Notes: generated from the letters alone by a model not told the origin. A stretch of DNA of 64,000 nucleotides from Nannocystis bainbridge (GCF_028368995.1 NZ_JAQNDL010000003.1:2144001-2208000), one strand, 5' to 3'; positions 18,226 through 28,464 are shown, numbered from the stretch's first letter. Numbers and translations: made by a program.

Positions 18226-18810
18226 GTGGCCTTCCCGCCGCTCGACGAGATCTTGCCGCATCGGCCGCCGATGCTGCTGCTCGACGCGCTGACGGCGGCC
18301 GAGGCCGAGTCGGCGACCTGCCGCGCCACCGTGCGGGCGGGCGCCCCGTTCGTGGTCGGCGAGCGCGTCTCCTCGCTCATCGCGCTCGAGTACTTCGCCC
18401 AGACCGTCGCCGCCCTGTTCGCCTACAAGGCCCGCAGCGGCGCCGGCGGGCCGTTCCGCGGCCTCCTCCTCGGCGCCCGCGACCTCGAGCTCGCCGCCTC
18501 GCACCTGCGCGTCGGCGACGTCCTCGACGTCCACTGCCGCGAGCAGTGGGCCAGCGGCCCGGTCGCCCAGTTCCACTGCACCTTGAACCGCGGCGGCGAG
18601 CAATTGGCCACCGGCGCCGTCACCGTCCTGCGCGGCGACCCGGCCGAGTTCGCCGCCGGCGGCTCCGACCTGTCCCCCGGGACAGCCGCCTCCGACCTGT
18701 CCTCCGGGACATCCAGCCTATCCTCTACGCCAGCCTCCGACCTGTCCCTCGGGACATCCGCCGGGGAGCCGTCCGTCACTCGCCTCGACCTCGTGGAGCC
18801 CGCGCCATGA
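18226..18810 (+). CDS. ApeP-like hotdog dehydratase with repeat-derived C-terminal tail
   Basis: ILPHRPPMLLLD, LEYFAQTVAA, GLLLGAR; tail made of three SDLSxGT units. Confidence 0.8.
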   Translation: MAFPPLDEILPHRPPMLLLDALTAAEAESATCRATVRAGAPFVVGERVSSLIALEYFAQTVAALFAYKARSGAGGPFRGLLLGARDLELAASHLRVGDVLDVHCREQWASGPVAQFHCTLNRGGEQLATGAVTVLRGDPAEFAAGGSDLSPGTAASDLSSGTSSLSSTPASDLSLGTSAGEPSVTRLDLVEPAP

Positions 18811-20039
18811 ATCCCCGTCGCGTCGTCATCACCGGCGTCGGCATCGTCTGCCCGATCGGCCACAACCTCCCCGAGGTCACCGCCTCGCTGCGCAGCGGCC
18901 GGCACGGCATCGTCGCCATGCCCGAGTGGGGCCGCGTCGAGGAGATGCGGACCCGCCTCGGCGGCGTCGTCACCGGCCTCGACCTCGACCGTCGCTGGCA
19001 CCGCAAGAAGACCCGCACCATGGGCCGCGTCGCCCTCCTGGCCGCCTACAGCGCCGAGCAGGCGCTGGCCGACGCCGGGCTCGACGAGGCGACGCTCGGC
19101 TCGGGCGTCACCGGCCTGTCGTACGGCTCCAACTCGGGCTCGTCCGAGGCGCTGGCGGAGTTCTGCACCACCCTGCTCACCACCATGAGCATGAAGGGCC
19201 TGCAGTCGACCAGCTACCTCAAGTTCATGCCGCACACCTGCGCCGCCAACCTGGCCCAGTTCTTCGGCATCCGCGGGCGGGTGATCCCGGTGACCTCGGC
19301 CTGCGCCAGCGGGGCCCAGGCGATCGGCGGCGCCTACGAGGCGATCAAGTACGGCCTGCAGGACGTCATGGTCGCCGGCGGCGCGGACGAGATGCACTAC
19401 ACCACGGCCGTCACCTTCGACCTGATGTTCGCCACCTCGACGAACTACAACGAGCGGCCGGACCTCAGCCCGCGGCCGTTCGACGCCAAGCGCGACGGCC
19501 TGGTCGTCGGCGAGGGCGCCGCCACCGTCGTGCTCGAGTCGTACGAGCGCGCGCGTGACCGCGGCGCCACCATCTACGCCGAGGTCCTCGGGTACGGCAC
19601 CAACTGCGACGGCCTGCACATCACCGCCCCGTCCGAGCAGGGCATGCGCCAGGCGATGGCCCGCTCGCTGCGCGACGCCGGCCTCGGCCCCGACCGCATC
19701 GACTACGTCAACGCCCACGGCACCGCCACCGACATCGGCGACGTGGCCGAGAGCAACGCCACCCGCGAAGTGTTCGGCCGCCCGGTCGCCCTGTCCTCGA
19801 CCAAGAGCTACACCGGCCACACCATGGGCGCTTGCGGCCCGATCGAGGCCGCCTTCTCGGTCGCCATGCTGCGCGAGGGCTTCCTCGCCCCCACGCGCAA
19901 CCTCGTCGAAGTCGACCCGCGCTGCGCCGACCTCGACTACGTGCGTGAGGTCCGTGACGTCCGCCCCGCGATCGTCATGAGCAACAACTTCGCCTTCGGC
20001 GGCGTCAACACGAGCCTCATCCTCGGCCGGGTCGACTGA
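18807..20039 (+). CDS. Beta-ketoacyl-ACP synthase (FabF-like, aryl-polyene type)
   Basis: Cys-His-His triad: TSACASG, NAHGTATDIGD, GHTMGACG; SNNFAFGGVN; ATGA overlap. Confidence 0.93.
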   Translation: MNPRRVVITGVGIVCPIGHNLPEVTASLRSGRHGIVAMPEWGRVEEMRTRLGGVVTGLDLDRRWHRKKTRTMGRVALLAAYSAEQALADAGLDEATLGSGVTGLSYGSNSGSSEALAEFCTTLLTTMSMKGLQSTSYLKFMPHTCAANLAQFFGIRGRVIPVTSACASGAQAIGGAYEAIKYGLQDVMVAGGADEMHYTTAVTFDLMFATSTNYNERPDLSPRPFDAKRDGLVVGEGAATVVLESYERARDRGATIYAEVLGYGTNCDGLHITAPSEQGMRQAMARSLRDAGLGPDRIDYVNAHGTATDIGDVAESNATREVFGRPVALSSTKSYTGHTMGACGPIEAAFSVAMLREGFLAPTRNLVEVDPRCADLDYVREVRDVRPAIVMSNNFAFGGVNTSLILGRVD

Positions 20040-20111
20040 ACCGGCCGCGGCGCCAGCCCGAGGCGCGCCCTCGCCCCTCGGGCCTATCCCCCGGCATCAG
20101 GCAGTCCCCGC

Positions 20112-20975
20112 GTGCCCAAGTTCCTGCGCATCCCCGTGTCCGGCCTCGCGTTCGTCGGCTTCTTCACGTTCGGCTGCATCGCCGGCTGGATCGGGCTGCC
20201 GCTCCTCGCCCTGTGGCCGGGCAGCCCGGAGGTGAAGCGACGGCGGATCGAGCGGATCATCTGCGCGATCTACCGCCGCTTCCTCAGCATCCTGAACATG
20301 GTCCGGCTGATCGACTACGTCCGCCCGGAGCTCCCGCCCGACTTCCCGCGCGGCGGCGGCTACGTCGTCATCGCCAACCACCCGTCGCTGATCGACACCC
20401 TGATCCTCATGGGCCTCGCGCCCGGCCTGTCCTCCGTCGTCAAGCCGGGCTGGTACAGCTCGTGGATGCTGCGCCTGCTGATGCGCTACGCCGGCCACAT
20501 CCCCGGGACCGACCGCACCGCCGCGCTGACGGATGGCTCTTCAGACATGTCGCAAGAGGCAGCCGACAGCGACATGCCGGCCGTGGTCGACCGCATGGTC
20601 GCGCACCTGCAGGCCGGCCACGCGCTGGTGATCTTCCCCGAGGCTTCGCGCTCGTGGGAGCGCAAGATGCGACGCTTCCGCCGCGGCGCCGTCGAGGCGG
20701 CCGTGCGCGCCGGCGTGCCGATCGTCCCCGCCTTCATCTCGGTCAACCCGCCGATGTTGATGAAGCACCAGCCGTGGCACGAGGTCCCCGACCGCCGCGG
20801 CGTGTTCCGGGTCGAGTTCTTCCCGGTCGTCGAGACCGCCGGCCGCGACCTCGACCCGCGCCAGCTCAACCGCGAGCTGCGGGCCCTCTACGACGGCCGC
20901 TTCGCCCAGATGCTGCGCGAGCGCGACGCCTCGGCCCTCACCGCCGCCCCGATCGCCCAGCTGCCGCAGACCTGA
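20112..20975 (+). CDS. Lysophospholipid acyltransferase (PlsC family)
   Basis: NHPSLID (HX4D), IFPEASR, GVPIVP; N-terminal hydrophobic segment. Confidence 0.88.
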   Translation: MPKFLRIPVSGLAFVGFFTFGCIAGWIGLPLLALWPGSPEVKRRRIERIICAIYRRFLSILNMVRLIDYVRPELPPDFPRGGGYVVIANHPSLIDTLILMGLAPGLSSVVKPGWYSSWMLRLLMRYAGHIPGTDRTAALTDGSSDMSQEAADSDMPAVVDRMVAHLQAGHALVIFPEASRSWERKMRRFRRGAVEAAVRAGVPIVPAFISVNPPMLMKHQPWHEVPDRRGVFRVEFFPVVETAGRDLDPRQLNRELRALYDGRFAQMLRERDASALTAAPIAQLPQT

Positions 20976-21294
20976 GCCTCCGCTCGACGATTCGTCCCGC
21001 CTCCGCGCCGCAGCCGTGGAAGTCGCCTGCGAAGACTCGCCCGCCTGTCCTCTGCGGGCTCGCCGACGTCCCGGATTCGCTGCATTGATTCTGCCGACCG
21101 CCGCACGGGCCGTCGTGTTTGGCGATCGACGCCGAACCGACACCCCGCGGGCCCTTCCCATCGACGGCCAAGCGACCGCGGCTCCCATCGACGGGCCCTC
21201 TCTTCCTGCGCGGAGCGCACGGCCGACCGGCCTGCGCTCTTGCGCATCATCGCCCCGCGCGTGAACCCGGCGTATCGCCTGCTACGCTGGGCGC

Positions 21295-22020
21295 GTGGTC
21301 CCTCGCCTCTCTCTGGTGGCAGCGTTCGTCCTCGGCCTCTTCGTCGGTCTCACCCCATTGGGCGAGCCGCGCGCCGGCGCCTGCCAGAAGCCCGGCGATT
21401 GCCCGACCGGTTTCACCTGCGCCCGCGGCTCCTGCGTCGCCGATCAGCTGCGTTGCGTGTTCGCCTGCGAGGGCCGCGACGTCCAGGGCGAGTGCGTCAC
21501 CTACGGCCAGGATTTCTGCGCCGCCGACGCCGTATGCGCCAAGGACTGCGCCGTGCGCAGCACCTACGGCGACTGCCACACCTGGGGCGCGGACGCCTGC
21601 GGCGAGTCCTTCGCCTGCTCCGTGCGGTGCAAGGAGCGCAGCACCGACGGCACCTGCCTCGCCTACGACCGTGACGCCTGCGGCACCCGCTACAAGTGCG
21701 CCAAGCACTGCGCTCAGCGGGCCCAGAACGGCACCTGCATGGCCTACGGCCCCGACGCTTGCGGCCCCAGCATGGCCTGCACCCCGCGCTGCCTCACCCG
21801 ATCGATCCACGGCGACTGCACCATGTGGGGCCAGGACGTCTGCGGCCCCTCCGCCACCTGCGCCCGCCGCTGCATCTCCCGCGACGGCGGCGGCACCTGC
21901 CTCGGCTGGGGCGGCGACGTGTGCGGCGAGGGAGCCGTCTGCGTCAAGCACTGCAACAGCCGCGGCAGCTTCGGCGCCTGCTTCGCCTTCGGCCCCGACG
22001 AGTGCGAAGCCGGCAACTGA
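21295..22020 (+). CDS. Secreted cysteine-rich repeat protein (7 x 27 aa)
   Basis: Signal peptide, then C-x3-C-x2-R-x3-G-x-C-x2-[YWF]-G-x-D-x-C repeats. Confidence 0.8.
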   Translation: MVPRLSLVAAFVLGLFVGLTPLGEPRAGACQKPGDCPTGFTCARGSCVADQLRCVFACEGRDVQGECVTYGQDFCAADAVCAKDCAVRSTYGDCHTWGADACGESFACSVRCKERSTDGTCLAYDRDACGTRYKCAKHCAQRAQNGTCMAYGPDACGPSMACTPRCLTRSIHGDCTMWGQDVCGPSATCARRCISRDGGGTCLGWGGDVCGEGAVCVKHCNSRGSFGACFAFGPDECEAGN

Positions 22021-22195
22021 CCCCCTTTCGCCGCTGGCGTGCTCCACCGAGCCATCACTTCGTATTCAAACCCCGCGAGTGCGAAGCCAGATCCTCCACT
22101 CACATCACATGTCTCATAGGACATGTTGGTACCTCGACCCGCGTCCATTTCGAAGCGCGCAGCTCACCCACCATCCATCGCCCGTTCACACCGTT

Positions 22196-22400
22196 CGGCG
22201 AACCTGCGCAGCAAGAGCGCCCGTCCGTAAGCGCCGACGAATGTAGCCCCGCTCCCCCATACGGCGAACCTGCGCAGCAAGAGCGCCCGTCCGTAAACGC
22301 CGACGCACGTAGCCCTAGGGCCCCCGTGCAGCCCGCTCCCTCCGCGCGGCGAACCTGCTCAGCTCGAGCACCGCTCCATAATCGCCGAAGAACGCAGCCC
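22196..22400. repeat. Three degenerate ~55-bp direct repeats
   Basis: CGGCGAACCTGC[G/T]CAGC... begins at 22196, 22262 and 22347. Confidence 0.75.
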
Positions 22401-22754
22401 CAAGACCCCCGCGCAGCCCGCTCCCCGCGCGCAGGAGGACGCGCCGAAAGCACGCCAGATGGCGGTTGTTCGGCGGCCAGCCCTGGCCGTCGAACAGCCG
22501 CCCCCCGGTCGGTTGCCTTCAACGATGACTGCATCGGAGCCGAGCGCGGCGCGTCGGCCTCTCACGGCTGCAGCCGTGCCGGGGGTCCGGGGAAGGGTCG
22601 ACCGACAATACGAGGCAGGATGAGCGCGAGGAACGAGCGTTCATCCCGACGCTGAACTGTCGGTCGACCCTTCCCCGGACCCCCTGCGAGACGCAGTCGG
22701 CAATTCGCGAAGCCCCCGCCCCCACTCCCCAAGGACATGTCCCCAAGGACAGAT

Positions 22755-25358
22755 TCAAACGCTCCACATCGACTGCACCCGCGCCCGCACCTTCCGCCGC
22801 GCCTCCCCGAACCCCGGCAAGCTCGCCAGCGGCTTCAGCGAAGGGCAGCGCTCCACCCACTCCACATCGATCAGCACCGAATCCGCCGCCTTCTGGAAGT
22901 ACACCAGCGCGTCCTCGTAGAACCCCCGCGCGCAGTACACCTCCACCACCAGCTGGCAGATCAGCGTGTGCAGCCGCGGGCTCACCCCGTCGGCCACGAT
23001 GCTGAGCACGTACGCGTCGAGCTCTTCCTTCGTCGACTCGCCCAGCAGCCCGCGCGCGTAGCCGACCGAGAACTTCGCGAAGCCCACCATCACCTCGTCG
23101 CGGATCGAATCGATCACATCGCGGACTCGATCCATGTCCCCGTACCAGCCTGCCACGCGCAGCCGGATCTGCGTCGTCGGGTTGCGGTAGCGCGCGTCGG
23201 CCTCGATGCTGCGGAGGATCTCCTCGTACTCACCCAGCTCCCCGCGCAGCGCGTGCACCCGCGCCACGTCGAACAGCCCCACGAACAGCCGCGGCTCGAG
23301 GTCCACTGCCAGGCGGGCGCGGGACACTCCTTCGCGCGTGTTCCCGGCCTCGCACTGCAGCTGCGCCAGATACTGGTGCGCGTGCGCGTACGTCGGTGCG
23401 ATCTCCAGCGCCTTCACCAGCGCCTGCACCGCGTCGCGCCACTCCCCGGTTTGCACCGCCAGCATCGCCTTCGCCAGGTGCGTCTCGGCCAGATCGGCCG
23501 CGTCCGCCAGCGCCCTGGCCAGCGCCCTGCGGGCCTCCGCCGCCCAATCGCGGTCCGCCGGCGCCTCCGAGAACGCCGGCAGGAACCACGCTCGCATGCA
23601 CGCCACCGCGTAGCTCGCCAGCGCCGGGCGGAACTCCGGCGCCAGCTGCATGCACCCCTCGAGCAGCTCGATCGCCCCGTCTTCGCCGAGGATGTGCAGG
23701 CTCGTGATCTTCCGCCGCGCCCGCAGGTACAGCGCCACCGCCTCGGCTGGCGCGTCGCCGCGGGCTGCCACCGTATTGAGCTCGACGCGGAGCGCCTCCG
23801 CGATCCGCTTGCTCATTCGGTCCTGCATCTCGAACACGTCTTCGATGCGGCTCTCGAACCGGTCGCTCCACAGCTGCGTCCCCGTCGCCACCTCCACCAG
23901 GCGCGCCAGCACCCGGATCTGCGACGGTGAGCACTGCACCGTCGCGTCGACCACCGCGTCGACCCCGAGGTTCGTGCCGATCGCCCGCGGATCGCGGTTG
24001 TCGCGGTACTGCGCCGTCGCCCCGCTGCCGAGCACCCGCAGCCCGCGGGTCCGCGACAGCACGTCGATGAGCTCATCGCTCAGCGCGTCGCCCAGGTAGC
24101 TCTGGTCGGGCGGACCTTGGTATCGGAACGGCAGCACCGCCAGCGCGCGATCGGCCGACGGCACCGGCGCCAGCGAGCGCATCGCCGCCGTCGGCATCAT
24201 CGACGAGCGACCGATCCCCGTCGCGCCGGCCACCGACCCACCCGCCGTCGCGTTGAGGCGCCCGCTCGCCAGCGTCGAAGGGGCCGCGGCCGTGATCGCG
24301 CTCGGCGTCAGCGCTCCGCCGGTCGACACGATCGTCGTCGCCTCGCGGTGGACCGCCGCGGCCATCGCCGCCAGCAGCGGCGCCCCGGCTTGCGGCGCCG
24401 CCGACTCGCCCACGCTGATCAGCCACGCCCGTAGCCGCTCGGCCACCTGGACCGCCCCGGCTGGCCGCTCATCTGGCTCCTGGGCCATGCACTGAAGCAC
24501 CAGTTCGCCGAGCAGCGGCGGCACGTCCTCGCGGATCGTCCGCGGGTCGGGCGGCGGCTGGGTCAGCCGGGCCAGCGCGACCGTCAGCGGCGACACCGGC
24601 CCCGACGCCCGCGCCTCGCCGGCGAACGGCAGCGTCCCCGTCAGCATCTCGAACAGCATCAGGCCGACCGCGTAGACATCGGTGCGGGTGTCGACCGGCT
24701 TGCCCGAGACCTGCTCGGGCGACATGTAGAGCGGCGTCCCGACCAGCCCCTGCGTGCGCCCGCCCTCGTCGGTCAGCGCGCGGGCGATGCCGAAGTCGGT
24801 GAGCACCACCCGGCCGGTGTTCTCGATCAGGATGTTGGCCGGCTTCAGGTCGCGGTGGACCACCCCCGCCGCGTGGGCCGCCGCCAGCCCCTCGCACACC
24901 GCCAGCATCACCCGCGCGGTCCGGGCCGGCTCGAGCGCCAGGCGCCGCCGCTCGCCGTCCTCGCGCACGCGCAGCACGTCCTGCAGCGTCGTGCCCTCGA
25001 TGAACTCCATGGTGATGAAGTGCGTCCCGCCGGCCTCGCCCATGTCATGGGTGCGGGCGACGTTGGGGTGGGTGATCCGGCGCGCCAACCTGACCTCGCG
25101 GCGGAACCACTCGAGCTGGTCCGGGGCGCGCGTGATCTCGATGTCGAGCACCTTGAGCGCGACCACGTCACCGACCATGGCATCCACGGCGCGGTACACC
25201 ACCCCCATCCCACCGCGACCGACCAGCCGCTCGACCCGGTAGCGACCGGCGTACAGCTCGCCCGAGGCGGCGAGCGGCCCCGTCGAGGTCGCCATCGGCG
25301 TCGCGGTCATGCCCTCGCCGAGCAGGGTCTTGTCGAGCGGATCGAACTGCTTGACCAC
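22755..25358 (-). CDS. Serine/threonine protein kinase with TolB-N-like and TPR C-terminus
   Basis: GRGGMGVVY, VALK, HRDLKPANILI, DFGIA, GTPLYMSPEQ; LAVLPF...LSDELID domain; TPR helices. Start approximate. Confidence 0.92.
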   Translation of the reverse strand: MVKQFDPLDKTLLGEGMTATPMATSTGPLAASGELYAGRYRVERLVGRGGMGVVYRAVDAMVGDVVALKVLDIEITRAPDQLEWFRREVRLARRITHPNVARTHDMGEAGGTHFITMEFIEGTTLQDVLRVREDGERRRLALEPARTARVMLAVCEGLAAAHAAGVVHRDLKPANILIENTGRVVLTDFGIARALTDEGGRTQGLVGTPLYMSPEQVSGKPVDTRTDVYAVGLMLFEMLTGTLPFAGEARASGPVSPLTVALARLTQPPPDPRTIREDVPPLLGELVLQCMAQEPDERPAGAVQVAERLRAWLISVGESAAPQAGAPLLAAMAAAVHREATTIVSTGGALTPSAITAAAPSTLASGRLNATAGGSVAGATGIGRSSMMPTAAMRSLAPVPSADRALAVLPFRYQGPPDQSYLGDALSDELIDVLSRTRGLRVLGSGATAQYRDNRDPRAIGTNLGVDAVVDATVQCSPSQIRVLARLVEVATGTQLWSDRFESRIEDVFEMQDRMSKRIAEALRVELNTVAARGDAPAEAVALYLRARRKITSLHILGEDGAIELLEGCMQLAPEFRPALASYAVACMRAWFLPAFSEAPADRDWAAEARRALARALADAADLAETHLAKAMLAVQTGEWRDAVQALVKALEIAPTYAHAHQYLAQLQCEAGNTREGVSRARLAVDLEPRLFVGLFDVARVHALRGELGEYEEILRSIEADARYRNPTTQIRLRVAGWYGDMDRVRDVIDSIRDEVMVGFAKFSVGYARGLLGESTKEELDAYVLSIVADGVSPRLHTLICQLVVEVYCARGFYEDALVYFQKAADSVLIDVEWVERCPSLKPLASLPGFGEARRKVRARVQSMWSV

Positions 25359-25620
25359 CGGCGCGAGCGTAACAGACCGGGTTGCGCCTGGCAGCGCGAT
25401 GGGCCTCGCACCCGAGCGCGCGGCCGCTCCGTGGCCACGCGCCCCGTCGCGCACCACGCGCAAACCCCACCACTGCGGTCCAGGGTCCCTTCCGTCCGCG
25501 CACCCCACGCCGCCACACCGACCGCTCGCTATGACGGCGACGCGCGCGCTCCCGTCCGCGGTCCCGCGCCGCCATCGGCCGCTGCGTCGGCAATCGCGAC
25601 CGGCGTGCTACGTACGCCGC

Positions 25621-26457
25621 ATGCACGATCCGGAGCTCGCGCTCGCCACCGCCGCCGCCCACGCCGCCGGGGCGGTGCTCCTCCGCCACTTCGAGGGCGT
25701 GTTCGAGGTCGAGACCAAATCCTCCCCGATCGACCTCGTCACCACCGCCGACCGCGCCGCCGAGGCGGTCGTGATCGAGGCCCTGCGCAGCGTTCATCCT
25801 GACCATTCGTTCCTGGCCGAAGAGTCCGGTCTCTCGGGACATGACCCGAAGTACACGATCTTGCCCGGCCCCGACGAGCTGCGGTGGGTCATCGACCCGC
25901 TCGACGGCACCACCAACTTCGCCCACGGCTTCCCTCACTTCTGCGTCTCGATCGCCCTGTGCGACGCTCACGGCCCGCGGCTCGGCGTGATCCACGACCC
26001 GATCCGCGGCGAGACCTTCGCCGCCGTGCGCGGCCAGGGCGCCCGGCTCGACCGCAATCCGCGCCCCGGTCGGGACCTCGCGGTGACCCACGCCGGTCGC
26101 CTGCAGCAGGCGCTGATCGCCACCGGCTTCTCGTACCAGCGGGCCACCACCCGCGACGACAACCTGGCCGAGTTCTGCCGCGTGGTCCCGCAGGTGTGTT
26201 GCGTGCGACGGGCCGGCAGCGCCGCGCTCGACCTCGCCTACGTCGCCGCCGGCCGGCTCGACGGCTACTGGGAGTACCACCTGCAGCCGTGGGACGTCGC
26301 CGCCGGCGCGCTGCTGGTGCAGGAGGCGGGCGGACAGATCCGGCGTTTGAGCGGCGCCCCGTGGCAGCTCGGCTGCGCCGACGTCGTCGCCGCCGGCCCG
26401 ACCCTGATGCCGATCTTGCTCGACGAGCTGCGCGCGGCCAAGATCGAGGCGCCATGA
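25621..26457 (+). CDS. suhB: Inositol monophosphatase family protein
   Basis: DLVTTADRAAE, AEES, WVIDPLDGTTNF, RRAGSAALDL, WDVAAG. Confidence 0.9.
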   Translation: MHDPELALATAAAHAAGAVLLRHFEGVFEVETKSSPIDLVTTADRAAEAVVIEALRSVHPDHSFLAEESGLSGHDPKYTILPGPDELRWVIDPLDGTTNFAHGFPHFCVSIALCDAHGPRLGVIHDPIRGETFAAVRGQGARLDRNPRPGRDLAVTHAGRLQQALIATGFSYQRATTRDDNLAEFCRVVPQVCCVRRAGSAALDLAYVAAGRLDGYWEYHLQPWDVAAGALLVQEAGGQIRRLSGAPWQLGCADVVAAGPTLMPILLDELRAAKIEAP

Positions 26458-26891
26458 AGACCAAGCAGCCGGGCCGCGGCAGCGCGCGCCGGACCCAGCG
26501 GCTGCTGCTGTGGTGCGCCGCCACCGACAGCACCTTCGAGCGCGCGGTCGCGGGCGACGGTCGGGCCGTGCTGACCGGCAAGTGCATCCACTGCAACGCC
26601 CGCCACACCCTCACCGAGGCCGGCGCGCCGCTGACCTCCGCCACCATCGAGCACATCGTCCCGCGCTCGCACGGGGGCACCGACGCGATCGTCAACCTCG
26701 CGATCGCCTGCGCCCGCTGCAACATCGGCAAGGGCCACCGCCTCGACGATCGCCCGTGGCAAGACCCCACCTTGCAGCGGGTCATCGCCACCTTGCAGGA
26801 GCGCCGAACCGCCCGCATGCGCCCGCCGCCCGACTGGCTCGACCTGCCCCCGCTGGCCCCCGCGCCCGACGGTGACGCCGACGAGCCCTGA
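26454..26891 (+). CDS. HNH endonuclease
   Basis: CIHC...TIEHIVPRSHGG...NLAIACARCNIGKG; ATGA-coupled to suhB. Confidence 0.85.
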   Translation: MKTKQPGRGSARRTQRLLLWCAATDSTFERAVAGDGRAVLTGKCIHCNARHTLTEAGAPLTSATIEHIVPRSHGGTDAIVNLAIACARCNIGKGHRLDDRPWQDPTLQRVIATLQERRTARMRPPPDWLDLPPLAPAPDGDADEP

Positions 26892-26944
26892 ACTGCTCCT
26901 GCGGCGCGCCGTGGGCCTCAACGAAGGCGCCGCCCGGCTCGACC

Positions 26945-27180
26945 CGTCCTCCGGGACATTTTTTATTGCGAGCCCAGGGCCCATGTGCCGGTTCGCGATG
27001 GGCCGAGCCGGCTCCCTGTCCTCAGGGACATCTGATTCCCAGGGCCTCCGGTGTCGGCTCGCAACGAGCCGAGCCGACGCGCAACGACCTGTCCAAAAGG
27101 ACATTTGATTCCAAGCCAGGGACCCGCTGTCGGTTCGGGCCGAGCCGACGCGCCACGACATGTCCAAAGGGACATCTTAT
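26945..27180. repeat. Four ~72-bp degenerate repeats, each anchored on (T/C)GTCC-N4-GGACA
   Basis: Palindromes at 26945, 27017, 27090 and 27161, each followed by a T-rich T(C/T)T(G/T)ATT-like segment, with GCCGAGCCG between copies. Confidence 0.85.
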
Positions 27181-27393
27181 TCCGCCCCCATGCTCGGGCC
27201 CGAACGACGCTCGCGCCTCCGCCCCTCCGCCCCTCTCGCCCGCGGGAATAACCCCCACCCCCTCGCGCGTGACCTACCCGAGCCGCGCGCGATGAGCCGC
27301 GGCGCCATGACTTCTCGAGCATGTCCCATCGGACATCTCGCCACCACGTGCGCGTGAGGCCTGGGCGCCGGCACGCCGCCGGAGGACCCTGCC

Positions 27394-28464
27394 ATGACCT
27401 CGATGCCCCCCAGCTCTGCCGGTCCCCCCGGCCATCTCCTCGCCCAGCGGCGTACCCGGACCTTGACCCTCGCCGTCGGCCTCGCCGCCGTCAGCGTGCT
27501 GGGCCTCGCCGTCCTGCTGCCGCCCCCGCCTGACGCCGGCAGCCAGGCCATCCGCGGCGCCGGCGTGTTCGCCCTGCTCGCCTTCGGCTTCCTCCTGCTC
27601 GGCGCTCTCCTGCGGCGCGTCCAGCTCGGCTGGCACCGCAGCCTGCGCGGCCTGCTCGTCGGCGCCGGCGAGGCCGTGTGGCGCCTCAGCCTGCGCCTGT
27701 GGCCGCGCGAGCCCGCCAGCGACGCCCAGGCCCCGCCCATGCGCCTGGGCGAGCGCATCGCCCTCGTCGCCGGCCTCGGCCTCACCGCCCTCGACGTCGT
27801 GCTCACCACCCTCCTGCTGCGCGACGTCTTCCCCGAGCCGCCCTACCGCTTCGACCTGTTCGGCCTGCTCTCGCCCGCGGCCGCCGAGTGGTCGTTCTAC
27901 GTCGCCGTCGCCGCCTTCAAGGCCGTGCTCGAGGTGTGGTTCGGCGTGTTCGACACCATCCGCGGCGGCGGCAGCACCCTGCGGTGGTTCGTGCTCGGCG
28001 GCGCCTCGGCCTTCGACGCCGCCCTGGCCGCCTCGCGCGGGCTCGTGCTCGCCGAGCAGGGCCTGGTCGGCTCCTCGGTCATGGTCAGCAACATCATCTT
28101 CATCGGCTTCGGCCTCGCCGTCCCGTGGGTCGCCGCGCACACCGGCGGCCTGCTGGTCAGCGCCATGGACGGCTGGCTGGCCCGCCTCGGCGTCCTGCGC
28201 CTCATCTCCGCCCTCCCGCGCCTCGCCGTGCTCGCCCTCCTGTGGCTGGCCGCGATCGCCGTCGGCGCCCCCGCCGTCGCCCTCGTGCTCGCCGTCGGCC
28301 TCGTGGTCGCCGTGTGGTCGGCCCTCGACGACGTCATCGCCACCATCCTCGGCCACGACGACGGCGCCCAGGCCCTCGCGCTCCCGGCCGAGGTCATGCG
28401 CGCCGCCGACGAACCCACGAACCCGCCGCACGCCCCGCTGCAGATGACCGCCAGCGTCTCCTGA
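27394..28464 (+). CDS. Polytopic membrane protein, hypothetical
   Basis: Many hydrophobic segments; GGAGG upstream; coding-like codon usage. Confidence 0.75.
   Translation: MTSMPPSSAGPPGHLLAQRRTRTLTLAVGLAAVSVLGLAVLLPPPPDAGSQAIRGAGVFALLAFGFLLLGALLRRVQLGWHRSLRGLLVGAGEAVWRLSLRLWPREPASDAQAPPMRLGERIALVAGLGLTALDVVLTTLLLRDVFPEPPYRFDLFGLLSPAAAEWSFYVAVAAFKAVLEVWFGVFDTIRGGGSTLRWFVLGGASAFDAALAASRGLVLAEQGLVGSSVMVSNIIFIGFGLAVPWVAAHTGGLLVSAMDGWLARLGVLRLISALPRLAVLALLWLAAIAVGAPAVALVLAVGLVVAVWSALDDVIATILGHDDGAQALALPAEVMRAADEPTNPPHAPLQMTASVS

Noticed and set aside
26945-27180. Possible CRISPR array (also considered for 41407-41700 and 47250-47480)
   Set aside because: The repeats are degenerate, the intervening sequences are related to each other, and there are no cas genes in the window.
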